A stretch of DNA of 64,000 bases, from positions 7,130,001 to 7,194,000 of the forward strand of contig JBHGNT010000018.1 in assembly GCA_043228905.1 (NCBI GenBank). Reading direction: 5' to 3'. The notes below the pieces were generated by a model. It saw only the letters and a program-made list of their open reading frames with translations, made no database searches and was not told the DNA's origin. Below are positions 1 through 13,726 of the stretch, one piece after another; position 1 is the first letter of the stretch; each line of letters starts with the position of its first letter. Source of the DNA: Azolla caroliniana. Lineage: Eukaryota; Plantae; Polypodiophyta. The translations under genes were made by a program, and so were the position numbers.

Positions 1-1
1 T

Positions 2-1073
2 ACAGTTCGGCACTACTTTTGAACTCAAGGAATTTTTGGCAACACAACAAATAAAAGTCTCCCAACGAATGGCCCAAGAGCACGCGGAGCGACAAATGAT
101 CGAGCGCACGCTAACGCAAACGGCGGAAAGTGATGATGAGGAGTAGCTATCCAGAGTTGGCAGACAGCAGAACGCCGGTATACGCCGAATGGGGATGGAA
201 CTACCCCCATTAAACGCGGCCCTCATCAAAGTTCATAGGGAACTGGCTAAGGTTAGTATTGGCGCCAAGGATATGGCGATTAAAAATAAAAATGTCTAGA
301 AAACGGTTAAACTGACCCAAGTCGAGCTACAAAAGGCCAACGAACGCATCGCGGAGTTGGAACGTAATGCGTCTATGGCGCAACAAGCAGCTCAACCAAC
401 AAACAACGCCGCCGAGGCCTTGAGAGAAGAAATTGAAGCACATACCGCCATTGCCTTGAAAGCAAAAAGGGTTGTGCAACTGGCGGAATCAGAGATTGAC
501 CGCCTCTGCTCCGAACTTCGCCAGTCCTCGGACAGAGAAAAGGACATCCGAGCGAACGACCGAAAGGCAATGAAGACCCTTGAAGAGAAACTCGTAGCGG
601 AGGTAGCACAACACACCCGCATGAAAGAAGAAAATGCCAAACTACAGGAGGAAGCGAAAAAATTGGAAGCGGCGATTTCGGGACTCCGGGCGTTATTGGA
701 AAAGAAGAAAGCATGGTTCGAAGAGTAGCTTGTAGGGGAACAGGAGAGGAGGCATCAACTCGAAATCCGCCTGAACAATGAAATGGGAAAGTTGGAAGAA
801 TTACATTCAAAGGAATCTCAGCTATGGGCAGGAATGAACAGCAACTATGAGGAAGCGACGGCGGTCAGTAAACAAGAAATCGAAAACCTCAAGAAAACTG
901 TTGAAGACGCACGCAACCGTTGCCAAGCAATAACCGACAACGTGCGCATACTTCTTCAAACAAATCGGGAGAGGTTTACGGTGCAATTACAAGCGGCGCT
1001 AGACAAAGGCTGGATGGTGTGGGCTGCACAAGCGGCGGAGTTGCATACGTACCGGGCGGACTGGGAGAACTGA
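2..1073 (+). pseudogene. Antisense extra ORF (coiled-coil) in the 3' region of the gypsy element
   Basis: ORFs 357-728 and 783-1073 share a frame, with one TAG at 726-728. E/K/A/L heptad-rich. Upstream part frameshifted. Confidence 0.6.
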
Positions 1074-1222
1074 AGAAAAGATGGCCGAGGGTTCTACAAA
1101 CTCCTCCCACTCTGTGGTGGCTAACTCCGCTAACCTTCATTTTGCGGATCATGGTGGCGGCATGGGTTTGCTAGGTTGTGGTGCCGGTAGACCCGAGGTG
1201 GGAATAGTATCGTCAGATACTG

Positions 1223-1903
1223 CTATATGATAGGCCTTCGCTTTTTGCCTCCTTGATACGTGTGCAGGCCTTCCCGTAACGTTGGTCCCGTAATGACCCT
1301 CCAATCGACTGTGCGCCCTTCAAAGGTATCGATGATGATACCTGCCTTCTGCTTGGGCATCCCGTATGCATTTATGTGCATGCATCCGACCTCCAGCAAG
1401 AACTTGGCTATTTCGCAGAAGAAGGGGTCGGGGATTTCCTTTGTTCTGTATGCCTTGGCGGACGCCAAATATGGCCCGAAATATCTCTACAAAGTTTCTG
1501 CAGGAGGGATTTCGAAATGCCTTTCTCCCAGTGATGATAGGTCAAGCTTTTTCCGGATGGATGTGTTGGTGACCGTGTCGATATTAAGCTTCCTAGCAAT
1601 GTCCAGGGCTTCAGGGTGAGAGGGTGCCTCGGCGACTTTGATGTATCCATCCAGGCATTTCTCCACGAGCCATCGACACAAGGCGGCAGAAATGGGGATC
1701 GGCATAGTAAGATGGTGAGACTCGTGGCTAGTGGGTGAGGACTGTTGGCTATGGCGAACTTGAGCTCTGTGATAGGATGGAGAGGAGGGTGAGTGAGGGG
1801 AGCGATGAGAGTGATGAGAGTTAGAAGGTTGGTTTCTGTACTGTGCAGAAAACCTTCTATTTTCTTCTTTTTGTGGCCTAGGGTTCATTGGTCGGTGAGC
1901 CAT
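1223..1903 (-). pseudogene. Sense extra ORF downstream of integrase (frameshifted, function unknown)
   Basis: Overlapping minus ORFs 1487-1903 and 1223-1468 with codon-like composition; no recognisable domain. Confidence 0.45.
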
Positions 1904-2149
1904 CGTGGTGCCGCATGTTCTTGGTCTAAAAGTTTGTGCATGCCCTAAGTCCTTTTAATAGCGTCGCTATCTTCTCTTTGTTTTTCTTTTTTTCTTTCTT
2001 TTTTATATAACGATTACATACAATATTATTTTTACACTGTAGTACAAGTAGGGCCCTATAGGTACTCCGCAAATTCTCCGGCTTTGTCCCGTCCGGCGGG
2101 GAACGGGTTAGGTGGCGTAGGTCCCAGGTAAGGTTTAAGGCGAAACCCA

Positions 2150-3011
2150 TTCACCTTTTGTCGTAGCACTTCCCCGAACAAGGTGCCAAGTTGAAACGTG
2201 CCCTGTTCTGCTCCCACTATCCAATACGGGCCTGTCCAGCGGAATCATAATTTTCTTGGCATTTGCCCCATGCGTGTTTGAAACACTAATACTACTCTTC
2301 CCACCGGAAAATCCTTTTCACGCGCATTCCGATGTCGGTCCACGAATGCTTTGCGTCACCGTTGTTCTTGCTCCAAAATGGCCATACTGCTGACCCTTGT
2401 TTTGCCTAGTTCTAGCAGTTGTTGTAACCGTATTAGTTCAGATTCGCCCTCTAGCAGCCAGGCTCGTACTTGAATCCGCAGACTGGGTACCTGGAATTCG
2501 ACTGGCATCACGGCCTCTAGCCCAAATGTTAGCCTGAAAGGCGTGGATTGTATGTTGGTCTTATAGCTGGTTCGATATGACCATAAGGCAATTTGGTATC
2601 CCAATCTGTTCTGTTTTCATTGACTATCTTTTTTAGGATAGTTTATAATGTTTTGTTCATGGACTCAGCCAAGCCATTTGCTTGTGGGTAGTACGGCTTA
2701 CTCTTTTTGTCAACCACAACGTAGTGTTGGGTCAGCTCGTTGATGACTATGTTCAGAAAGTGACTCCCTTGATCACTAATGAGCTCGATAGGGCAGTCGA
2801 AACGACACCAGATATGTTCGTAAAGGAATTTTGCCGTGACTGTCGTGATATTCTCGCATAGTGGTTTCACTTCTACCCCCTTGGTGTAGTAATCCATAGC
2901 CACCAGGATATACTTATTGCCTGTTTGAGCAGCAGTCGGGGTAAAGGGTCCTAGAAAATCTAGCCCCCACTTTTGGAAAGGATCCAGTGGCAACACCGGT
3001 TGATGTGGCAT
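2150..3011 (-). pseudogene. Integrase core and GPY/F region, separated from its N-terminus by a solo-LTR insertion
   Basis: WGLDFLGPF, LISDQGSH, YYPQANGLAE, YRTSYK..TPFRL, WTGPY. Confidence 0.92.
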
Positions 3012-3017
3012 TCACGT

Positions 3018-4572
3018 TGTCGTAGTGTAATTCGCACACTACGTGAAAAATTACATTTTTGGTTTCTCTAGATAGGATATGGAGTACCCAGTGAGAACTG
3101 GAAGGAAGAACAGGCGAGGTTCGAAACCGGTAAGGAGACCGGCAAGAGCCGGATGAAGAAGGCCGGTGAGAGTCGGTGAGAAACGGACGAAGAGGACCGG
3201 TAAGGAGGATCCGGTAAGAACCAGATAAAGAAAACCGGCGAGAACTGGATGAAGCAGAACCGGCAAGAGCCGGATGAAGAAGGCCGGTGAGAGTCTCTCA
3301 CCAGATGAAGAGACATATTTGTAAATAGAAGAAAGTATAAAATTATATATTACATGCATAGGGCAAGATTCGAACCTTGCACCTCCATGTTAATAATGTT
3401 AAGCCTTATCATTATACTAGCGTATTATGAATTTTAAAGTTATACTAAACTGTATCCCATGTAAATATTCTAGACATGCATGGTACAAAAAGTTATTCAT
3501 GCATAGACACTCGAGTTAAAAGAAAAGATGAGATAGAAAGCTAATCATGCACATGTAGTGTGCATGAAAACTAAAGATAGGAAAAGCATGATGCTTGCGT
3601 GTGATAAACTTAGACTCTTCCTGACGGGAACTACACGCTCCGATGAATGACGCTCGGCCACAACCGAGTCTAGAATCAAACACAGAAAAACAGATAAGAA
3701 TGCACGACACTGTGAAGAGAAGAGTACACAGGATGTTTATGTGGAAAACCCAAACTAGGGAAAAACCACGGCAGCCCACAGGCTGCAAACTATCACTATG
3801 TTACAGTGTACAACAGTAAAGCACCAAGGCAACGACCTCGAGCTTTCTATCTTCGCCACAAGCGGCGGTTACAACAGAGGCAACGACCTCTTCCTCTCTC
3901 TCTCTCTCTCTCTCTCTGTACACAGTTACGCGCTCTGATCTCGCGCAGACAAGAATAACAACTCATTCTAAAAGTTTGCCCTAAGTCATATTTATACTAA
4001 TATGACTTTTCAGCTATTTACAAATATAGCCACGATGGACTCTCAGAAACATATTTACGAATATGTCTCTTCATCCGGAGAGCGCTCCTCACCGGGCCTG
4101 CATCATCCGGATCTTGCCGGGCACTCGTCATCCGGTTCTCACCGGGTCTGCACCATCCGGCTCTCCGTAGCCGGGTACTCGTCATCCGGTTTCGGCCTCG
4201 GCCAAGTTTGCTTATCAGCACTGTTCTTCTCCATTCCCATCCAGAGGGACCTGTCTCCCAACACTTCCAACACTATATAAGGAAGAGAGAAAGATGTATA
4301 GACGTTGTTGATTATTTTACAAGGATTTTGATCAATCTAATATATTCGGTGGATTCACGATTTTTTTTCCATCTATTTCTCTCTTACATTCTAAGTATCA
4401 ATTAATACACTATACTCGTGGGATTCACGAGGTTCATATCTTCTTTCAAATATTTCTCTTTCTTGCAATCGATTCATAAGGAGCCTTATCTCATATTCTT
4501 CCTTCTCCTAGTCCAAAACCTCAGCGGTTCCCACCCGACTCATGCAACGATCCGGAGCCGAAAGGCACGACA
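3018..4572 (+). mobile_element. Solo LTR (same family as the LTR at 61842-62671) inserted in the gypsy integrase
   Basis: TGTCGT...ACGACA termini. First ~30 nt and last ~75 nt nearly identical to 61842-62671. CACG flanks both sides (3013-3016, 4574-4577). Confidence 0.88.
3622..4263 (-). mobile_element. Second solo LTR (copia-like) nested in the first solo LTR
   Basis: TGACGGGA...TCCCAACA termini with a perfect 5-bp TSD CTTCC (3617-3621, 4264-4268). Removing it restores alignment with ~62305-62330. Contains GTGGAAAACCC...AAAAACCACG, typical of copia LTRs. Confidence 0.82.
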
Positions 4573-6753
4573 ACACGACTTCTGTGGGCTGGCCTAGTCG
4601 TTGGTATAAATCGCATTGTCTGCAATATTCATACGCATCCTTTTGCGTAGTCGGCCACCAAAGTCCTGCCTGCCAGATTTTCTGGGCCGTAACATCGCCC
4701 ACGTAATGTCCTCCCGTTGTACCACAGTGGGGTTCGCGTAAAACCGCAGCCTTCTCATCCTGCCGTATTCCGCGCCTCCAGATGTCGTCACTACCTTTGT
4801 GGTATAGGATGTCTTCGACTAAACAGAAATTCCGACTCCATACGGCCAGCCGTTTTTTCTCATTCGTCCTTAATTGGGGTGGCAGTAACCCTATGGTCAG
4901 GAAGTAGGTCATTTCCATCAACCACCGATCCGGAAAATTCTTTTCTGTTCGTTCTGCTAGAGTTGCTATACGCAAAATGTCCGCATCCGGAAAGTCGTCG
5001 TCATCTTTTTGCGTCGTTTCTCCATTATCTAGTCTGCTCAAGAAATCTGCCACCACATGTTGTGTACCCGGTCGGTGCTGAATTACAAAGTCGAATTCTT
5101 GGAGCATCATCATCCATCTAGCCAATTTTCCCGTTAGTGCATGTTTCCCTACCAGATATAGCAATGTCGTATGATCCACATGAAACGTGAATTTCTGCCC
5201 TAGCAGATAATGCCGGAATTTATTGATGTTGTATATCATACCCAACGCTTCAGTTCCGTTGTGGAATAATACGCTCAGTCGTTGATAGTTTCCGACTAGC
5301 GTAGTACACTGGTTGGTACCAATTCGGCTCCGTGAGCTGCATCAGCGCACTACCTATTGCTATGTCTGAGGCATCCACGAACACGTGAAATGGTTTCGCC
5401 CAAACTGGTGGTTGTACGACTGGTGCCTGCGTTAGCATTATTTTTAGCGCATCATACGCCTTCTCTTCCGTTGTTGTCCATTTGAAAGGAGTACGGTGAA
5501 CGGCAGCATGTAATGGCGTGGCAAAATCCGCCAAATAGCGTATCATCCGGTTGTGCCATCATATTTGTCCCAAAAACCAGTTGAGTGCTTTCACGTTTGT
5601 CAGTGTTTTTGCATGAGTAATCATGGATATTTTGTTTGGATCGACTGCTATCCCCTCCCTACTAAAAATGTGGCCAAGGAGAGCCCCGTTGGTGACGCCG
5701 AAGGCGCATTTGACGGGATTCAGGCTTAAGCGTGCAGTTCGGCAACGCTCCAGGCAAAGCTGTAGATGCGTAAAATGGTCGGTTGTTGTCCCATATACCG
5801 CAAAATCATCTAAAGAGACCTGCATGAAGGCAGGTATATATTCCCCAAAAATCTTTGTGATTGTCCGTTGAAATGTAGTCGGCGTCGTCTTTAGCCCGAA
5901 CATCATAACGACCGCAACATAGACTCCCCAGTCCGTGACAAACGCCGTCTTCTGTTGGTCGTCGGGGTGCATGCGTACTTGATTGTACCCACTGAAGCCA
6001 TCTAAAAAGTTGTACATGTCATGCCCTGCGACAGCATCCAGTATGTTGTCGGTGAACGGTAAAGGGAATGTGTCGGTAATGGTTACGGCGTTCAATTTCC
6101 GGTAGTCCACGCATACACATATTTTGCCATTTTTCTTTGGTATGACTACTATCGGGCTTAGCCATGTAGCTTGTTTGACTGGTCGAATGAATCCGGCCTT
6201 GAGGAGTTTGTCAATTTCTTCTTTTACGCGTGCCGCGTAGTTTGGGTTCATGGTATCGATGTTGTTGGACCGGTTTCGCATCAGTTGCTAAATTGATCTT
6301 ATGTTGATAGAACTTCAGATCTAATCCCTTCATGTCCTCATGGGTCCAAGCGAACACGTCTTTATACTCCTTGAGTAGTGCTATCATTGTGTCTCTCTGA
6401 TCTGGCAGTAATTCTTTTGCGATGGAGAGGAATCGGGGGTCTAACGTCGTACCCACGTTTACTTCTTCTAGGGCTGAGGTAGTGATTCGTCGTGAAATTT
6501 CCATTTCCCTCTCGAACGTCGCTCGTGCTCTGCTTAGTTCTAATATTGACTCTGGGTTTGGTTCGTGAACCTCGTCATGGAGCGAAGTGGGCGTGGCATA
6601 CTCCGCCGCAGTTTCAATGACGTCGATTTCAAATAGTGGAATGATCTGTGGGTGCTCATCTAGGTATACTTCTAATTCTGTATCATCCACCCCAGCCAGC
6701 ATATTTATATCTGCCGCGTATAACGGTGTTATGCCCTTGGGTTGTGCCGCCAT
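4573..6753 (-). pseudogene. Reverse transcriptase, RNase H and integrase N-terminal zinc finger (frameshifted)
   Basis: RT: WLSPIVVIPKKNG-CVDYRKLN, FLDGFSGYNQ, MMFGLK, SLDDF. RNase H: VFVDASD, VYYASRKL, VDH, ADFLSR. Integrase HHCC: H...GGH...CRQC. Confidence 0.93.
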
Positions 6754-6759
6754 TCCCTC

Positions 6760-7434
6760 TATGGGTACACCAACCTTGGTGCGCCCGCGTCGAAAGCTGA
6801 TGCACTTATGTTGCTAGCTCTGTTTGATATTCATTGAACGAAGCCACGGTCTGCCAAGCAGCATAGGATACACTCCTGGGGCATCGAGGGCGAGGACTAC
6901 CACCAAGTCGTCAAAGCGATGTCCACCAACGATAATGCCTAATTTTTGTATTAAGCCTAAAGGTCATACTGAGCGGGTATCCACCATGCGGAGCCAAAAT
7001 GAGCAAGCTTCCCATTCTGAAATTCCCAATTGTTCGCATGTCTTCATGCTAATTACATTGACGCCAGAGCCGTCGTCGATTACACATCCTGTGATTTCCT
7101 GACCGTGTAATATCAACTTAATAGCCGGATTATGGTGATCCACCACCGTTGGTCTGGCGCTGGTGTCCGTAAAGTTGGCCGAGACGCTTACCCCAAGTCT
7201 GCCCATTATACGATCCTCCACGGCCTTGCAGAACCGTGGGACTAGTTGAAGTAGCTTCTCCATGGTCAATGTTATCTCGCAGCCTGCCAGTGCTTGCCAT
7301 ATGGGATCCGGAGATATTACATCTTCCTCCAAAGGCCCCACATTGTTCGCGGACTCCTGCCGCATGCGTTCCGCATTTGCTGCGTTCACTTTTTCGACCC
7401 ATGCTTGGGCCGTTTGACATATTTCATCTTGCAT
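6760..7434 (-). pseudogene. Retroviral-type aspartic protease
   Basis: CVIDDGSGVNVI active-site motif; downstream reading includes an ILLGRPWL-like motif. Confidence 0.85.
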
Positions 7435-7439
7435 GGCCC

Positions 7440-8967
7440 AATCAACATTTTTTGTTTGCTACCGTGTTGTGACTTGCTGAACTTCCGCCATAATCGTATT
7501 GACGGCGGGCCCCTTGCCCTTGCATAGTGGACATTGCATGGCATAATGTTCGGGTTGTTGGCAAACAAATCAATGGACGTTAGACTCGCCTTTCTTGGCA
7601 ATTGGTGGTGTGTGCCGATCCCCAGGTGTGACTTGTTCCTCCCGGTCTTGGTTCATTCTATTGAGCGTTCGCAGTGGTTGTTGCTGGTCCCGACGCGGCT
7701 CCTAGTGTCGGTCGTCGTCCGAACTTTCGTCGTACTGCCGTTGGTCCCAATACTAACAATGTTTCCCGCGAGGCCCATTGAAACCGCCACGTTTGTTCGT
7801 CGGACGGTAATTCTCATAGCGTCAGCCTCCTTTATGATACCTGTGGTTGCCTCGGTAGTCTTCATCCTCCGGCTCTTCTTCCTCGAAATCGTTGGTATTC
7901 CAGCAATTCCGGTAGTGCCTGTCATCGCGTGAGTTCCGATCCGTATATCGGGGTCGTTCTTCTTGGCACCTTTGCTCATTCCGGTGAGGTGGGCGCTATG
8001 TTTCCACGCTTCGTACTATGGGTGTGGATCTGTTCAACATATTGTACTCACACTGCTAGACCGTGTGTGCTTTCGAGTGACGGATTGGGTAGTGGATTCT
8101 CATGTTGCATTCCACTACAGAATGCCCAGAATTGAGGCAAATCATGCACTGGATTGTATGGCGAAAATGTCGTTCCTCGTCCTCAGGTAACGCTTGTCGT
8201 AATGAGGACATGGAAAACCTTTCCTCTTCTTCATCCAGCTCGAGTTGTAGCGCTCGTTCTATGACCATATTGGCTGTTTCTCCTTTCACGCTATTGTTGT
8301 TGAGCGTCGTCCGTATCGGTCGTCGTAAAGCTACCAAGAATGTCTCCCGAGCCTTGTCCTCTGTCGGGCCCCGTTCTAATTTCCGTCATAGATTTTGGAA
8401 GCGTAGACTAAAATCCACTACAATCTCGGCCGGCAATTGTTTAACTGTATAAAATTGCCCGAGGATTTTGCGTTGTGGCACCCTCCGATGAAAAAAACGT
8501 AGAAAGGCCGATTGCAGCTGGTCAAAGGTCGTGATTACTAGCAGATCCATCTGCGAATGCCAAAACGTCGCTCTCCCATCCAGAGTTAATCCGAACTCTA
8601 TCATTTTGGACTGGTGCGTTACCTCTTCGGGAAGTCTCTGCGCCATGTGATTTGCATTCCAAACATTCAAGAACAGGCGAATGTGGGTTGCGGCGTTTGT
8701 TTCGCCGTTGAAGCGGGGATAAGAGAAGGCCATGCTAGACGCTACGGCGGGTAGGGAAAGACCATAGTGCTTATGTGGTGAGCGAACTTCCTGCTTGTCG
8801 TCAGGGTATTTGGTGAGCGGGAAGTCGACTTTGTGGTCCCGATAGATATCATTGAGGTCACTGAGGTGAGGTTTTTGCCGTGTGCGTTCCTCTGCCTGGC
8901 CTGTGATGGACCTTGTGATTGGTCGGTCTTGTCGTGTTGGTTCTTTGGGACGTCTGCGGCTAAACAT
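7440..8967 (-). pseudogene. gag (capsid plus CCHC zinc knuckle), frameshifted
   Basis: ORF 8386-8967 has YPRFNGE..., FGLTLDGRATFWH, TFDQLQSAFLRFF; ORF 8056-8337 has CMICLNSGHSVVEC (CX2CX4HX4C). Confidence 0.85.
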
Positions 8968-9003
8968 CCATTCATCGTTGTTCGTTTATGAGAAGACACA
9001 GAT

Positions 9004-9017
9004 CACCAAGCGTGCCA
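9004..9017 (-). promoter_or_regulatory. Primer-binding site TGGCACGCTTGGTG (tRNA-Arg-like)
   Basis: TGG start 4 nt inside the LTR. Resembles the TGGCACGCC... Arg-type PBS known from Tat/Ogre elements; the tRNA assignment is inference. Confidence 0.65.
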
Positions 9018-9021
9018 AAAG

Positions 9022-9532
9022 TGTTACCGATTAGGAACACGGTCTACAGTCACTCCTTCGACCTAGACCTCAAGGTGATTGCATTGCAACGAATGGTATC
9101 ATCGTACCGTAATACGTAATGGAATACCTCCCCATATCCTAGTAGCATATAAGGGAGACGGCTACAACCGAACTCCTTAGACAGTGCACTAGCACTCACA
9201 CTCACACCTACATTCTTACGATTACAATACGCCACCAAGAATCACAGAAACACAGTAGATTAACCACAGATATGCACAGGGGATCATAGAAGATAGAACT
9301 CTATTAAGATACGCTCTATGCATCAAAATTTACACGCTACCTCTTACAGAGGATTTTTGCCCTTTATATACGCAGGGTCTTTTAGCCGTTCACGCTTCCC
9401 GCGTGAACCGTTACATGCGTTATGTTTTTACTATATTCTATATGTCTGCGCTCCTGTCCGTCGGTTACTATTCCAGCGGACAACATACACAGACGCGGAC
9501 TAGGCAAGATACAAAGAGGATAGACGATCACA
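9022..9532 (-). repeat. 5' LTR of the gypsy element
   Basis: TG...CA ends with imperfect inverted termini (TGTTACCG vs TGTGATCG). PBS lies just inside; copia coding sequence resumes at 9533. Confidence 0.8.
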
Positions 9533-10241
9533 TCCGGATTCGTCTTCTCCCTTGGCAGTAGAGCGATCTCCTAGAGCAGTAAGAAATAGCCGATAGTCGC
9601 ACTGTCGAGCATGGAAGCCGAATACAGGGGCGCGACAGTCGTCGCATGCGAAGCTGTATGGCTTAAGCGTATACTAAAAGATCTGGGCATACTCATCAAA
9701 GATCTAATATGCTTGTACTGCGACAACATGAGTAGTATCTACCTCGCACATAACCCCGTATTTCACACCTGGACTAAACACATCGAAGTGCACTACCACT
9801 TCATCCGCGAGCGCGTCCAGGCCAGAGAAATTGACCTCCAACACATCAGCACGCACCTACAAGTCGTTGATATCTTTACGAAGGCCTTAGGCATCGACAA
9901 GCTCGGGCAATTTGCATCGGATCTTGGTCTCACGTCGTCCACATTGCCAAGCTTGAGGGGGAGTACGCAGACACAGCACGGATAGGCTACACAACACAAC
10001 CGACTAGACAAGTCGAAGTAAAAACCGAACGACTTTCCGACAGATGGAAGTTGTGTTCGAAGGGGCGTGTTGAGAATCGAACTCAATTTCCCATAGATAG
10101 GTTTCACACTAGCTCATGGACATTCCAGGCTAGTTTTGTAAATAGTAGAAAGGGTGTTTGCCCTAGCTTAGTTGGTATATAAACCAACTCATTGTAACTT
10201 AGTCACTGTTGGATGTATTTCGTTTTGTTAATATTATATAC

Positions 10242-10705
<464 letters not shown>

Positions 10706-12714
10706 CTTTAAACATTGTTTCCAACACTTCTCTTCCAATAATTGATGTGATGATGAACATGATGATCAAACACCTTATGTAATTGTTCTCTCTCACACAT
10801 GCACACCTCTTTCAACATTCTTTCTAGCACCTCTCTTCCAATTTGTATGCCTAATTCTTGGGTTGTTGGATTCTGCACAATCTATTCTCAATCTATTTAC
10901 ACAATTTCATCTTAAGAGTGTGTGCATTTATTCTTATTCTTCCTTCGTCTTTCCTTTCACATTTGCTTGTTTGGCTGAGGCGACTCGTGGTCTATTTGTT
11001 GCTAGAGATGGACGCAACAATGAAGACAAAGAAGAACAATTTGTCAACATGCGAGTTGAATATTGATAAATATGAGGTCATCTTTGTAAACCCACTAGGA
11101 AAACCTTGGGGGAGAATATGATTGGATAGGAAAACCGTCAATCAAATTGGAAGGTTACAAGAAGTTGACTAGGTCGCTTAAAGAGAATGAACTTCATGTC
11201 AAAGAGTTTGTGTGGATAGCAAATAAGAGGATGTGAGGAACAAGCATATTGATGGGGATACATATTTATTTAGTGATGCAAAAGGGTTGATGAGTTGCAC
11301 TTTGTTCAACTAAATGTATGTATAAAATATACTCATAATTTTGTAATCTTTGTGTTCTATTTGGTGATTTGGACTTTGGAGATCATCATTGTATTATGAA
11401 AGTATGAATAATGTGATGGCTCAATGGGATGATTATACACTTTTGTCATTGATCCTACATTAAAACTTATTGTTATTTTGAGATATTTTCAAAAGGTAAT
11501 TACGTTTGGGCAAGGTATTTTGGTCTAAAACATAAGAAACACACCATATTTCATGGACTCTTAGGGATTTTTTCAAACGTTTTCTTCTAGACGAGATGTT
11601 ACCCATTCAAGATGCAAATAATTTTCATATCATTGATGTCCCAACGAGGAAAAAATATGTTTGATGCAAATATTTTCAAAAAGTGATTAACAATTAATTT
11701 AAATATAGCTCATACAAAGATACAAAAAAAATGGTCTTTGTTTTTTTTCCAAAATGAAGCTATTGTCCCATTAGTTAGGAGGAAAAAAAAAGTTCTCTAT
11801 TAGTTCAACATAACTAACTCAAATGTGGTCCTATGGGCTCTCTTTGTATTAAAGTCACACAAAGAACAAACGGCTTCCTTCAATTGTCCTCGTTGTTAGG
11901 TAAGGTTCACCTCGACAATGAATCATTTAACAATAAAGTGTCACGACAATCCACAACACCCTACACACTACGCATTAGGGTTCATGAAGATCATGTGACT
12001 TGAACCATCCTCTTTTTGAATTTAATTATTTATAAGAAGTTCTCACCTAAACAATATTAAATACAATTTTTACATCTAGACCCACTAAAGACAAATTAAG
12101 GTTCCTAGTATTGTTACGTGCACCAATCGCAAATAGAAAAGACAAAGGCAAAGAAATTATTAAAAACCACCCTTGCAGAAAGAATCGGCCATGTTATAGA
12201 AAGAGAGAATGGATAACTTTTAAGTTGAGCTCATGTTATGGAAATCAACAAGACATGAGTTGGCACAAATTTGTACAAATCTCCAATGTCACACCTTCTC
12301 ATTCAAAATGAGATCTTTAGACATAGTTGGTAAGCTCAGGAAATGTTAGATTTATCCTTTACAAGGATCGCAATCAACGGTTGTACTATGTTATAGAAAT
12401 CCACCATCTTCTGTTCGATGTCAGCTAGACCAATATTTGAATTCCATGCGGTTAACATCATCATAGACATTGACTTTTGATTGAAAGTAATATTTGATTG
12501 TTTTCATATTTTTTGGAGAATACTACTAAATGTTCTTGAGATACGTGCCATGCACGACAAAGAATGAGTGACACATAAATGTGGCATTGAGGTTTTGAAT
12601 AGGAATTGGCAATAGCTCGTTTTTGGGCCTTGGCTTAACATGTTTTGAATAGGTATTGAGAACGTGATGTAGGCGTCACGTAGAGGATGCAGGTTGAGAA
12701 GAGGAAATATGATC

Positions 12715-13295
12715 AAATTTAGGGTTTTCAGCCGACACCCTAATTCGCAGACTGAGAACAAGATTTCGACAAAAATTCTTCTTTTTAGCTTGCGTCCTCG
12801 ACTCCCTCTCATGCTCTACGCTAATCCTATATCCTGTTGTTGTTCGTTGCAAACTCAGGGCTTCACTAAAACCCTAAGTTTTGTCGAAGCCCTAATTAAC
12901 TAATTATTAATGTATTAATTGATAATTAATTAATTAACTAATATTTTTCAATGAATGTATTTGTAAATTAGTTAATGTATTAGTGAATCAATTAACGTTT
13001 AAGTGAATTAATTAATTAATAGTAAATTAATTGTTATATTAGTGAGTTAATTAATTAATTATGTATGTGTGTATATATATGTATGATGTATCTATGTATG
13101 TGTGTGTTACGTGTGTATATGTATCTATGTATGTGTGTGTACATGTATCTATGTATGTGTGTATATGTATATATGTATGTGTATGTGTATGTGTGTATAT
13201 GTATATGTAAACGAATGGTTTTATAATATTCGTAGGGACATTTTCTATTCTCGAATATCGAGAATATTACGGATGTAGAATACCACGAATATGAC
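12715..13295 (+). repeat. Dispersed non-coding repeat, copy 1 (copy 2 at ~39340-39955)
   Basis: Collinear shared blocks: CGACTCCCTCTCATGCTCTAC, AAACCCTAAGTTTTG, an AT-rich TAATTAA block, a (TATGTG) tract, GTAAACGAATGGTTTTATAATATT, GAATATTACGGATGT. Confidence 0.85.
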
Positions 13296-13726
13296 ATGTA
13301 AGTTAAGGCTGTAACTATATAAGACATGATTGAAAAAAAAACTGTGAAAATACGGAAAAAACTGTGAATTTACCAATTTCCTATAAATAGATAGATAGAT
13401 GGGAACAAGACATGATTATTGATGTGGACAAAAGAGAAATATTGATTGAATAAGAAGACATGATTTCTCTTTTGGACAGAACAGAATAAGAAGACAAGAT
13501 TTCTCTTCACAAAATTCATCCATCCATCAATCCATCCATTTTTTATTTGAATGGGGCTAACAAAACAATTTTAAACAGAGCATAGCAATTCAATTCAATT
13601 CAATTCAATTCAATTCAATTCAATTCAAATTCAATTCAATTCCTCCTCACATTCTCTGTCTCTTTGTCTCTTCTGAATGAATGAAGGAATAGGAAGAGGT
13701 TTAGGGTTTCCTGTGACTTTGCTTCC

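Larger units (their letters stand above)
1..9532 (-). mobile_element. Degenerate Ty3/gypsy LTR retrotransposon (non-chromovirus, Tat/Athila-like), running off the left edge of the window
   Basis: Minus-strand domain order gag, CCHC knuckle, protease, RT, RNase H, integrase is gypsy-type. Many stops and frameshifts. 5' LTR 9022-9532 (TGTTACCG...CGATCACA) followed by a PBS. Confidence 0.93.

Noticed and set aside
3354-3425. Functional tRNA gene
   Set aside because: Only the T-arm/B box and a decayed A box are present; no credible anticodon or acceptor stem.
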